DNA from: Setoptus koraiensis
Taxonomy: Eukaryota > Animalia > Arthropoda
DNA: 64,000 nt
NCBI GenBank assembly: GCA_048013815.1
Contig: CM106585.1
Span: 2,480,001-2,544,000, forward strand
Direction of reading: 5' to 3'
This document shows positions 48,106-60,044 of the stretch, in pieces. The notes below the pieces were generated by a model, which saw only the letters and a list, made by a program, of their open reading frames with translations, had not been told where the DNA came from and ran no database searches. Both the position numbers and the translations under genes were made by a program. The first letter of the stretch is position 1; the number at the start of each line of letters is the position of its first letter.

Positions 48106-49633
48106 CTATTTCGATTGATTTATTTCAATGTTTCTTCGCACTGATTCGTAGTAAAATTGTGCAGGGGTTCTTATAGGTTCATCCGGTAGATCCTCATACC
48201 TAGACTTGAAGTAGGCTGTGCAGGCACTCTGGTAATTTTTTTCCTCACTAAGTCGGGATATCTGTAGCCAATGTTATGAGAATTGTATGATACATGGACA
48301 GTATGAGTATTGCGCCTGAATTAAAAAAAAGGAATCTCTAGAGAGTTAATATAATTTCGGATCAAGTGGAACTTACCGTGTCAACATCAACATTACTCAA
48401 CCCATGTGATCGAAGCATTGTCTTTAGATGAGCTTGGTCGAAATGTCTGAATGGGCATGCATGGTTATCGACAGGTCCTGGAGGATTATCATTGATTATT
48501 TTAGCACATGTGAAACAACTGAGAGCTTTCTTATGACCTTCTTTTCCATACAAGTGTCTTATATTATATTTATAATCTCTTTCAAACTTGTCAACAGGTA
48601 TTTTCTTGGTGAACTCGTCGCGCCAAAACTTTAGGGCTGAGTCAAGATCTACACCACCACTTCTCAAGAAAGCACCGTAATAAATTCTGGCCTGGTGTCT
48701 TAAATGACTATCTTTTTTGAGGTTCTCGTGCATATGCCTCATACAGGGAGGGTAATGCTTCTGGCAAATATCTTCAATATCTTCGATGTTGATCGAAAAA
48801 GGGTTGTAGCCTTCTTCATTCGCTCTTGATTGTTTCTTTCTCAAATCTTTAAGTTTCTCCTGATGTTCCAGATAGACGATTTCCAAGGATTGATACAATT
48901 GTCTAGATTGTTGATCTTGCATTACTATCATACCCGCTAAACCATATGTTCTGTCCATTCTTGCATCGAAATCATCGCAAACAACTCCTATTATATCTTC
49001 CGACAACAAATAGGCGTACCCATCTTTGAGGCTAACTCGACGACGTTGTACAAGATTTAAAACATCTTCAAATTTTACTTTAAAAACAACACTTGGTGCG
49101 GTTTTGGTTGTGGCCGCTCTTATATTCCAGCCTAATATGCCTTCATTGAATAGGTCGTGTATTTCAGCCAATGAAGTGCGCTCGAAGTAGACTCCGTAGT
49201 GTTCAAGCATAGAAGCAGTTTTATCCAATTTGACAAATTCTTTCATCCTATAGTAGAGTAGATTTTTTTCTCCTTGCTTGAACCACTCCCATGCCACTTT
49301 GTTTTGAGCGAAATATGTTCTAAGAAGGAAGTGGGACACGTGATCGCATCTTCGCGAGTATTGAAAAGATGGCCCGTCTTTGTCGATGTCCCTAAGGAAA
49401 TTGACTTTGTTTGAGGATGATCTTATGTTGAATAATTCATTCCTTATAGCGTCAATGTTATCTTTGTGTTTGTCAAACGTAGTGAGTATATCGAGCCTTT
49501 GACGGAAAAGATCCTCAGCCTCATCCAAACTCATCTGTCCCTTCGGCGGTTCCACATAGAGGTTGATCGAATAGGGATATTCGAGATTGGCGACGTCTCC
49601 ATGAGGAGCGATTTTCTGTTCATCAAGTTCCAT
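48106..49633 (-). CDS. PRIM2: DNA primase large subunit; exons 49633-48377 and 48261-48106
   Basis: DHVSHFLLR, YPPCMRHMH...HLRHQARIYYGAFL, YKYNIRHLYGKEG, CAKII...HACPFRH and spliced NYQSAC...PAQFYYES. Confidence 0.95.
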
Positions 49634-49739
49634 GGAGAGTAAAATTCTATTAAAATAGTAAGATGTTCTAAAATATTAAAATAACATATCCAAATCATTA
49701 CAGCATGCATGAATGTTATAATTCATTGTTGTTAGTTTC

Positions 49740-49747
49740 TTCCCGCC
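49740..49747 (-). promoter_or_regulatory. E2F-like site (GGCGGGAA) ~107 bp upstream of the PRIM2 ATG
   Basis: TTCCCGCC on the + strand; motif match plus a plausible target gene. Confidence 0.35.
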
Positions 49748-51121
49748 ATCGAGACATCAGCCCGTCGGCATGTGTGCGCTGCATTGTGCTGTGGTGCGTC
49801 GGGTTGTTCCCAAGTAAACACAAGTTGCACTGGTTATTCTACATGCCTGCCGCAGTGTTTCGACTGGAAATTTTCAACGAGCCTCCTGTTGAATGAATTC
49901 TGTTGACAGGCACAATGTGGTGCATGTGCTCGGCACAGCGCGCATGCCAGGGTTATGTCACACAAGTTGGTGATAGCCTCTATCACAGTTCGGGAAAAAC
50001 TTTCAAACAAACTTTGTACTTTCTGTGCGAATGTGCAGCACAGTGTTGTTCAGATCATAACATTCGTTGGAATCGACGACGTAATGAAGGCGCTGATTCT
50101 TTTTAGACGCTATGGAACGGGTGCAAACGAGTTCGCCTCTCGGCCATACTCTCCCCTCTCCCCAGCACAAATTGACAAACATTTGTACATTTGTATTGCA
50201 CCGATGGCGGTGGCACCCCTTCGAGGAGACAATCGTGTATCATGAACTTTCGAGCCTCCTTTCCAGTCGCGCCCGGCCGCCCGACAACGCATTGCTGCCG
50301 GTTCGATATTGCAATTGTAGACAAGCGCCCGTGCTGGCAACGCTTCACTGTCTGAATTGGCACACTGTATTTGTGCACGTTGGGTAAACAGTTTGTCTGT
50401 TTGTGTTCAGTTGTGGGGAAATGCAGTGTACAGTTGCACAGAACAAGCCGTGTTGCGCGCCCCTTTTCAGTTGTAGTGTGAGCGCCACGAGTAGCCAAGA
50501 AAACACACACGAGTTCAGACAATGCATGCACGCACTAGAGAAAGAGTATAAAATTAACGTTTGATTTTGAATGCGCCCTTTCCCCATGCTTTTCCCTCGG
50601 TCGGTTGTATATTTTCGCCCGTTTGCCACAGAACCGTGTGTGTAGTGTGAGTACTTGTGATGATTGAGAAAAACTTGCGATTTTTCGCTTTACATACCAT
50701 ATATGCTCTTCCCCTATCTCTCGTTATCTTCATCGCCATTGTTGATGATAGTGTTCAGTATATACAGTATATAAATTTATCGTTGAATATATCGTCGCAG
50801 GTAATTTCATTCTAACCTCCACTTAATCCATTATTAACTATATAAAAAGGGACATTCTACAGGCAGTTTCAGTGTGTATTCAGCAAGGGCCTGATATAGA
50901 CGACGACGACCGTCAGTGTACAATAAACTTAGAGTTACCTCATCATCACATCACTATCATCGTCACATACTGATAATAATTAACACCCACACAGGGAGAC
51001 AGTGAGAGGAATAGACCGAAAGTTCGCAATTAGAGAAAAAGTCTCAATTGTAACCCCGCCAGCCTCAAGTAGCCTTAATATTTTAATTAACTAACATTAA
51101 ACATCACACTAGCCAATCATC

Positions 51122-52792
51122 ATGTCACTAGCCAAATTTGATATCTTCTGCGACGAGGATGTACACCAGCCGACCAGCAATCAGATGAATCCACCTATGG
51201 CCAAAAAGTTGCACGCACTACAAGCGCAACCAAATCACCAAAATTCTAAGCCGTTGGGCGAACGCGCCCCATATAACAAACGTAATAATAACATTAATAT
51301 AACTGAAAAAAATCTTAAGAGACATGACGCTCAACTGCTAACATCATGTAACCAACATGATCAGCAGCAACAGTTGGCTTCTAGGGATTCTAATATTCTT
51401 AATAATAAAAAAAACTATAGTCGTAACGTGCAATCCCTCAGGAATAGCTTATCAACTTGTAGCGATGTTAGCGAGTATGGTATCAAGACTATGTCCGTTG
51501 AAGAGGCGGCAGAGAAACTTCAGAGCCGTTTGGCCGATTGGACGCGCGACAACAAAATTCTAAACTCACCAACCTCGTCACCCATGTCTATTGATGGCGG
51601 TGTATCTATTACAAGACGGCGAACCTCAACTGAGACAACAAATTTCAAAGATGATGAAGATGTTAGTTTTAGCGATCAGGAGAATAATGATGACACAGAA
51701 ATTGATGAGGATGACGAAAATCGATATTATGCTGACGAAGATGGTTTTGATGATAGTGACATTTCTATCTCTGAAGATGTCCTAGATTGTTCGATGAATT
51801 TTGATGTGGCGACCATTTTCAAATGTCAGGACTATCTTCAAGACATTCAAGAATACCTTATATCATTGGAACGAAGTTTACAATACAGACCTAATCCCAA
51901 CTACATGGCGTATCAAGAGGAAATAGACTCTTCTATGCGTTGTGTGCTTGTGGACTGGATGGTGGATGTTGCAGAGGAGCACGGATTGCAACACGATACT
52001 TTATTCCAGGCCGTTAGCATGGTAGACCGATTCCTTTCTTCAATGGGCATCGCCACGTCTTCCTTTCAACTTTTAGGTGTTGCAGCTCTATTTACCGCCT
52101 CCAAATACGAAGAAATATACCCTCCCGATCTCCACCAATTTGTTAATGTCACTGACAAAACATATTCCGCTGCTCAAATTCTCAATATGGAACAGTTGTT
52201 ACTCAAAGCAGTCGACTTCAGAATCTCTGGACCTACTCCATACTATTTTCTATGCAAAATTCTAACTTACGAAACCTATCCAGTGCAAGTTTACCACCTA
52301 GCGGAATATCTTTGCTATTTAAGCATGATGGAAGATCAACCATTCCTAGAATATTACCCAAGCGAGATAGCTATATCTGCCTGTATTCTTGCAATCTATG
52401 AACTTGGATTGAAGGATTCTATAAGCGATACAATGATTGAAGCTTACCACAAAGCAAACAACGATCAAATTGAACGTAGAAATTCGACCAAAGAAAGCCA
52501 TTGCGAGCGTCGCACCCGATCATCTGCTTCCCAAAACAAGCTACCACTATGTATAGAGGCCCTACACGCAATGCAAGAATATGCACCATCACATAAGCAA
52601 CAAGCAATATATAACAAATTTTCATCCATGACGTAAGTATTTACCTTATCTAAAGTATTTCTGAAAAATTTTCTATCTGTTTCTTCTACTAATGACTATT
52701 TTTGACTAATGACCAACTAAATTGAATCTAGGTACGATTGTGTTTCCGGTATAAAGGCCATATCCAATATCAAAGCTGTCATCAATTTATAG
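51122..52792 (+). CDS. CycA: Cyclin A; exons 51122-52632 and 52732-52792
   Basis: Cyclin box SMRCVLVDWMVDVAEE, VDRFLSSM...FQLLGVAALFTASKYEEIYPP, YSAAQILNME and HKQQAIYNKF. Confidence 0.93.
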
Positions 52793-53061
52793 TTAGACTG
52801 ACACTATTACAAAAATGAGATTTTCAATTGTATTCATATATACTCGAATGACCGAACTCAATAAAAACCAGATACTGATCAGTAAAGAAGAATTATTACA
52901 GGATAAGAATCACAATTTTTCTAAATCCTCGGAAATCAAAATCTATTCTTTAATTTATTGGCTAGTGAAATAAACAACGTCGTTTCCGTATACAGAATCC
53001 GTCCTATTCATCTAGTTGCAGTCAAATTTAATATCAAAAAGTATATTTATAAAGGCAGAGA

Positions 53062-56000
53062 TCAGTTTAATTTGCTTCTCAATATTTCCAATTCCCTCCT
53101 AAGATTCATGTTTTCCTTCTGAAAGTTCTCGATTTTAATTCATTTTTATGACAATTGATTGTTGATGTGGGGGGATGGGGGGGGCAGGTGGATCAATTAT
53201 TAGGCTTCTTTACTGTAGATTCGTGATGATAAACTCAATCTGGTAATTTTCTGACATGTCGGTCACCTGACATTGTCTAGTCTGACATTACTCACCTGTA
53301 ACCGTTGATTTAATTGATCCAGATTATCAGTTTTTTTTCGCAGCTCATCGATAAACACTTTCCTCTTCTGTCTGCATCTCTTCGCTGCTACTCTATTCCT
53401 TTCTTTCGATCTATTTTTCCTAGCTTGGAGCTCTTCGCAAGTCACATTACGTCTTCTTCTTCCCCCTGCTCGCTTCTTTATAACTACCTCTCTCTTTTCT
53501 CTATCACAAAGTTGATTGAGTGCACCGAAACTTTCTTTATTCTTGGTGTTAGGCAACGAACTCTCCTGTATCATTGTTGCTGATCTACCGTTAGTTGGAG
53601 CGGCATCCAAACCGGAAATAGAGGTTAAACTATCATTTTGCGTTATTTGCGTCTTGTTATTTTTAGACCGCGAAACTTTCTTAGCTTTTGTGGTAGTTGC
53701 CTTGGTGACATTCGCGCTTTGTTTTATTGATTGGTCAGCATTATCATCCGGGCACTTGATCTGGGAAAGAGTCATAGCATTAGACACACTTAACTCATCC
53801 ATCGCCATGTCTTTAGAAACGGATAATTGTTCCACTTGAACTGTTGGAATCGATTCCGAAGTAGCCTGGTCAATTGAAATTGGATTACTCGCCACCAGAG
53901 TGGGAGACTCATGGCTTTGATCGGCCCTCATAAGAGGCCATGCATGATTGGCGGCATGAACTTCATTAGGGACGGTATCGATACACCTTTCTTGTCTTCC
54001 TTCATAATTTGCTTTCGAATTTTGCTGTTTATCGGGAATTGTCAAAAGAAAATTGTAGTGATTATCTACTGAGCCATACCGGGACAATTTTTGTTGAGCA
54101 TCGTTGAGTTCATTTGATGTATTTTTTTCAATTTGAGAGTTCTCTTTACATACCATTGTCTGGTCACAATTATCGCCAGTGAAGGATTTAACATGAAAAA
54201 AAGAATATGAGTTAAGATTAGTATTGCCCTCTGAGATCTGGCAATCTAAGACCAACGAAGGTCTGTGCTGCTGAGATCCATTTGGAGTTTGAGAATTCGC
54301 CACACTTTCGCTCACATGTCGTAACTGCATAGTTTGCTGTTGATGAGGGGAACATGAGTTAGTTTGATTCATAAAATTGCAGACACTTCTGTCACTAGCC
54401 ATAGGCTTCTGACATATCTGATTTGCATGGATACTACTACTGTTACTGTTATTGATTGTGTTTTTTCTCATTGAGATCATTGTAGATACGAGATTAGTCG
54501 GTTCAACTGTTGTCGTCATCAAACTACCACCGGCACCAGATTGATATGTGTTCATTTGACTAATTACTGGCGTATTGGCTGGTTTATTGCAGTCATCGGA
54601 GACCGAATGGGATGCTAATGACATTATGGGACCGACTGTAAGATTGTTTGCATTTTCTGCTGGTTGAACAAGCTGACTTCTGATTGGTATAGCGGGGAAC
54701 AATAAATTATGATGATTTGCTTGTTGGTATTGATGCACAAGGTCATTATACAGAGCGGTTCTCTGTTTTAATATCGCTTGGGCATAGTCTGTCTGAGACA
54801 AAGAGGGATATTGATGATTGTGATTGACTGAATTCTTTGCCGCTTGATCAGAATGTTGTTGATAATGTTGCTGCTGATGGTGCTGATATTGGTGCAACAA
54901 ATTTTGATTGCTCATGTAGCTCGATGGGCTTATATCTGCGCTGGCTGAAGCTTGATGATTATTCAAAATTTTTGCTGTACTAATTTGATCGCCAAACGCC
55001 TCATTTGGTTGAAAAGAATGATCTGCTATGGAGTTGGGTTGATCAGTTCCTAGCTGTTGTTGATGTTGGTGATGATGATGTTGCTGCTGTTGATGCTGGA
55101 GAGATGTTTGTAGCAGCAGCAAAGAGCCTGGCGATGGCAATGAATTGGCTGGATTAGACAGAGACGACCAAGAATCTGATTGAGTATCGCCATCACAATT
55201 ATTCGATCCATTGAAAAAATTATGTCGGTTTGGATTGATTATCCTAAAGAGATCGTGGCCTTGTAACAGAGCTGTGCTGGGCGATAGTATCAGTGGAGAC
55301 TGTGTCGGAGAAAAGATACTTGGTGAGCCTAAATCTATTGTTACAAGATTTCCTTTAAGTCTCGACAACCGCGAACTATTGTTCGCCTGAGAAAATATTT
55401 GTGATGATAAAGATTGGTAATCCTGATGTTGCTGATTACAATATGTCTTAGATATTCGGTTGGAGTTGGTGTCGATGCCATTATTAATCTTATTTGTACC
55501 GAAGTTATCATTTTCTATGGCTTGATTATTGGAGTTGTTTCGCTCAATTTGTTGGAAGTCGGTAGTGTGAATTTGTTTTGCTGTTGTAGTGGCATTACAG
55601 TCCGCCTGTGTGTGATCCAAACCATTAATAGTAGGTGACAATCGTAATGTTGTATCGATTTGCTGGGGCGATGGAGGCACAATTTCAACAGTTGGCTTTG
55701 GAACAAGATTGGGGGATTTTAATAGAGATTTTCCGATGTCATACAATGTCGATATATGATCAGTAGTATTTTTGGGTGTTGAAAGTGATACTTCCTCGTG
55801 TTTATTTTTATCGATCAGGTCATCATCTTTCGTAACATTAGCATTATCGTGGATAGCTCGCTTAAATGTCTCGGCAAATGGATTGCTCGCCCCATTGTTA
55901 TCCAGTTCTTGTGTAGATATGGGGGCGGAATTGTCGAATAAGCCTACCTCCTTGCTTTTTAAAATAAAACTATTCAATACTCTTGTTGGCGTTGGCGTAT

Positions 56001-56082
56001 CATTTGTGCTATTGATACCAGCTTGTAACGGATGTGGAGATGGTACTTTCAAGTTGAGTCTCTTGTTAGTACTATTGTCCAT
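53062..56082 (-). CDS. ATF2: ATF-2/ATF7/CREB5-family bZIP factor; exons 56082-53296 and 53118-53062
   Basis: N-terminal DTPTPTR...EVGLF...NPFAETFKRA and basic region ERNRVAAKRCRQKRK. The spliced last exon KENMNLRRELEILRSKLN continues an exact Leu heptad. Confidence 0.85.
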
Positions 56083-56398
56083 TATTTAGTGCAATCGTAA
56101 AGGTGATATGATTATTTGGGTTTTCATTAGTTCAACTGTAATCAATTTGTCAATTGTTCTTGCTTTAATTTTGTCACACAAGCAAATAATCATCAATTGT
56201 TTTGCTATTCGATGTGCGGACCCACGCAAGCGAACACGATAGTCGTCGTAATCATTATTGATAAGTTGGTTTTCAATCTTATTAGTTATAATCACAATAT
56301 GTATATGCTGTACTCGTGATTTCATAAGTTAACTTGATAACACCTACTTCTTTTTGTATCATTATCTAATTCCAGAGAGGAGGCAAAACAACATGAGG

Positions 56399-56458
<60 letters not shown>
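56399..56458. repeat. (GA)n tract upstream of ATF-2
   Basis: Direct reading of the sequence. Confidence 0.9.
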
Positions 56459-56460
<2 letters not shown>

Positions 56461-59104
56461 AAGAGACAAAGCGATGAAAACGGCATCATATAGTTGCGCT
56501 TGCTGCAGTTGTTGTGACGTAAGTATTCATTTCTAGATATTTATCTAGCGATGGTTGATAAAAGCTTGTGATGTTGTGCGTCGAGAAAACAACAACGATC
56601 ATGTTGAAAACCCTCACCCCCTTCTTATAGCCATACTATATATGCTAGCCTTGTGCAATTCCAATAAACGACGTTGGTTGACGAAAAGGGTAACTAACTA
56701 ATAATAAGCTTTAGGCAGCAATGTTTTCGTAATAGAATGATGAAGTTGGATGGCTTTAAAAAGGAGCTTGCTTGACTTAAATCAAATCTAGCATCCAGCA
56801 AAACTCCAGCCTCTCCCAAAGAGAATCAACAACATTCTTCGAACAAACATGCACGATGATTATCATATTTGTGTGTTCATTAGTTGTATGCCTACATATC
56901 GTACACGATGCAACTAGCTTGCATAAATCAGAACAGCGACTCAAAGACTACACACTTACACATTTTCATGTATGATCAATTAATGTATCAATATTCTAAT
57001 GCTGTGCTAGCTCAGCCTGATTCAAGGTGTCCCCAAAGTCTGATTCCGTTACGCACATGGTATGCTTGCGAACGCTCATATAAAAGTGTGATAATGAACT
57101 TGATTCTCGTCTTGCAGTGATTGCATGAATCGCATATCCAGATAATCAAGTTATCTAACACATACACACACAGATTATGGGTTGCTATGCCATCTTGGTA
57201 TAGTCATCTGGAGCAGTCACACATCTCAAGGACGTTCTTCGACCATGCACTCGATCAAACACAATAATACGTTCAGCAAGGCAAAGGCTTTCACAAAGAA
57301 ACAGCAACTATTGGGCTACTATTACCCTAGAAGCAACGCGTGGGCGTCCAATGAACACAACAGGTTATTGAGTATAGCCGATATTTGATGTCAGCGAAAT
57401 GAGATAAGGCAAAGAATGTGTTCGTCACCGAATCAAGTAATCTAACAGATAGTGCACACTTAGTCGGCTCAAATGAAGAAACTGGCAGTAGGTTGATTTG
57501 AAGCTCGGTTTGTGTTTGTGGCAAAATTGTTGTTTGACACATGTATGTGGTAATGTTTTATCATCGAATGAAATAATGAAAACAATTTAATGTTAATTCT
57601 TCTAGGCTCCCATTGAGCTGCTGGATAGATGCGGAATGAACGAAAGCATTCATTTATTAAAGCTTACAAAGCTTTTACACGTTGCTCCATCTAAGACATT
57701 ACACTCCATCCAAGGTGAATTTTACGGCTTCTGGATTGTAAATATCGAGTTGAGCGAAACATTAGTCATTTGTTCTCTACTAATGATTAGATCTTTCATC
57801 GCATGAGCCGTATATATGTATATGTATATTCATAAACCTGCACTCACCGTAATAAAACTTTTTGTCTTTATCCATACAGCGTCTCTGACATCTATAGTAG
57901 CATTTACCGCTTCTACATCCGATTAACTAGTTCATTGGCAAAAATTAAAGTAAATTTAACTTAAGTTTGCTAAGCGAGCATTCGGTTCATGACAATCGTT
58001 TCAGTAAACTTCTACTCACCTTCGTTGGACCACATTTGTCGCAATCATCACCGTTTTTAGATTTTCTCGCATCGATGCCTGTAGTGGCTACTAGGCACAG
58101 TAGAAGGAATGCAAATAAAACGATCAGCTTCATGTTTATATTTTGATTTTACCTGAATTTTACTGGCTTTAACTCTGTTAGAGATTAAACAGTGATGTAA
58201 ACTAAAACACAAGGTACTAATGAGAGGAAGAAAAATAGATAGACCGGACTAGTTCATATGAACACCGCTTAAATCTAACTATCCAAGCAACGAAAATATT
58301 TATTCAACAGTCATTATCAGACAAAAGTAGATGATATCAGCCTCTATCAATCAACATCATGATGATTATCTGGCACTTCAACACGTAACTTTTTTCTTGA
58401 AAAAATCATGCTCGACTAGTGGCATTTGCGAGTATGATCAGGCTAAGGATGTGGCCTCATCCATGGCCTTATCTAGATTGATTCTAGTCGATAGGCGCAG
58501 CAATAGGCATGGCATCCATTCATGGAGTTTTGCGACTTGCAGTTCGATCTTATTTTAGTACATTGTGTAGAAAAAAACAGTGAAATACGTGAGATTGTTG
58601 GATTCAAGAGAGGTACTGAAGTTGAAAATATATCTTTATTATTTCGCTATCTGGTAGTCACTAAACAGAGCCACAAGCTAATCTACAGGTCTCACATCTT
58701 GGTGAAGACTCTTAGGTTGAGTGTATTATCAGATCTGATGTTGCTGCTCCTTGGATAGATTTGAATTAAAAGAGATTGATCCTATGTGACACAGCATTGA
58801 TATAATATATTCATGAGTATATTATTATGTGTGTGCTGGTATCGTTCCACCTCGCTGACTTAGATGTGCAATTTTGAACTAATTTATCTTAAATCTATCA
58901 TCTAATAGTCTTGAGTTTGTTGTTGAGTGTAGCCGACAAAACTGGCTGGAGATTTAACTGCAACAGGTGCTGGTTGGTGGCTTGACGAAAATGAGTAGCT
59001 GATGAGCAGAACAGATTCAAGCAAAGTCAACAAGTTATTATGTTGTTGTTATCTACAGAAGATTCATCGATCGATTTAAACAGCTAAATTTGTTAATCAA
59101 TTAA

Positions 59105-60044
59105 TTACCTGAAGGCCCTTGGTGTGGCTTCGACCGGCTCAGCTATCAAAGGTGCTTGCTCAATTTGTTGGGTGTAGCTTTCACGGATTGGTTGATAGCT
59201 TTCACGGATTTGTTGATAGCTCACTTGAGCTGGCAATGGGGCTGCAACGGGAGCTGGTGCTTGCCATACGGGAGCCGGAAGTGGGGCTTGCTTGACGCCG
59301 TACGAGGCCACAGGGGCAGGTCCAAAAGTAGCTCTCACAGGTGCCGGTGGATATCTGATCTGAATTGGTGCTTGTTGCACTGGTGCAAATGTTGGTGCTG
59401 GCAAAGCGACAGGTACCGGCAATGCGATAGGTGCAGATATAGTTTTGGTTGCTGGTGCTGCGGCTACCACTGTTTGACCACCTCGGTTGACGACAACATC
59501 GGCGGAACTCGCGGCCTCAGTTCCTGGCTCTATTAGATTCAGAAAGTCAACCAGTTGTAAAAATAATAGTATGTTGTTCCATAACTTATGTGGTCAGTTT
59601 GTACAATTAATGGCTCATGGTGTCAAATACTTACCGTTTGTTTCAATTTGAGCACGGAAACCGGCAGCATCGGCGATGTAGTGGACAATACGTTGGCGAC
59701 CGTCGGCATCTGTCAGACCGTATGAGCCGGTGACGGCACCTCCGTTGCTTGACTCACGACGGAAGGAACCACCGCTGGAGTGTTGTTCGTCGTAACCAAA
59801 CTGGTAACCACCGGCGTTGTCGTCACTTCTGTATTGACTGCTTGAACCAGATTCAGCTGATCGTAAATTGGAATAATGAGAGGCACTTACAATTCCAACC
59901 AAAGCGGCAACCACTAAGAATACCTGTTCACACATTGACATACATAGTAGACATCGAAAAGAGGGCACATTTAGTATGTCGTTCTTGAATATGGTAATAG
60001 CGAAATAGATACTATGATGATTATGGTTGTGATTGTACCTTCAT
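59105..60044 (-). CDS. Cuticle protein with a Rebers-Riddiford chitin-binding domain; exons 60044-60039 (MK), 59923-59635, 59529-59105
   Basis: Signal MK|VFLVVAALVGIVSA, YQFGY...GSYGLTDADGRQRIVHYIADAAGFRAQIETN|EPGT, and an Ala/Pro-rich tail. Confidence 0.92.
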
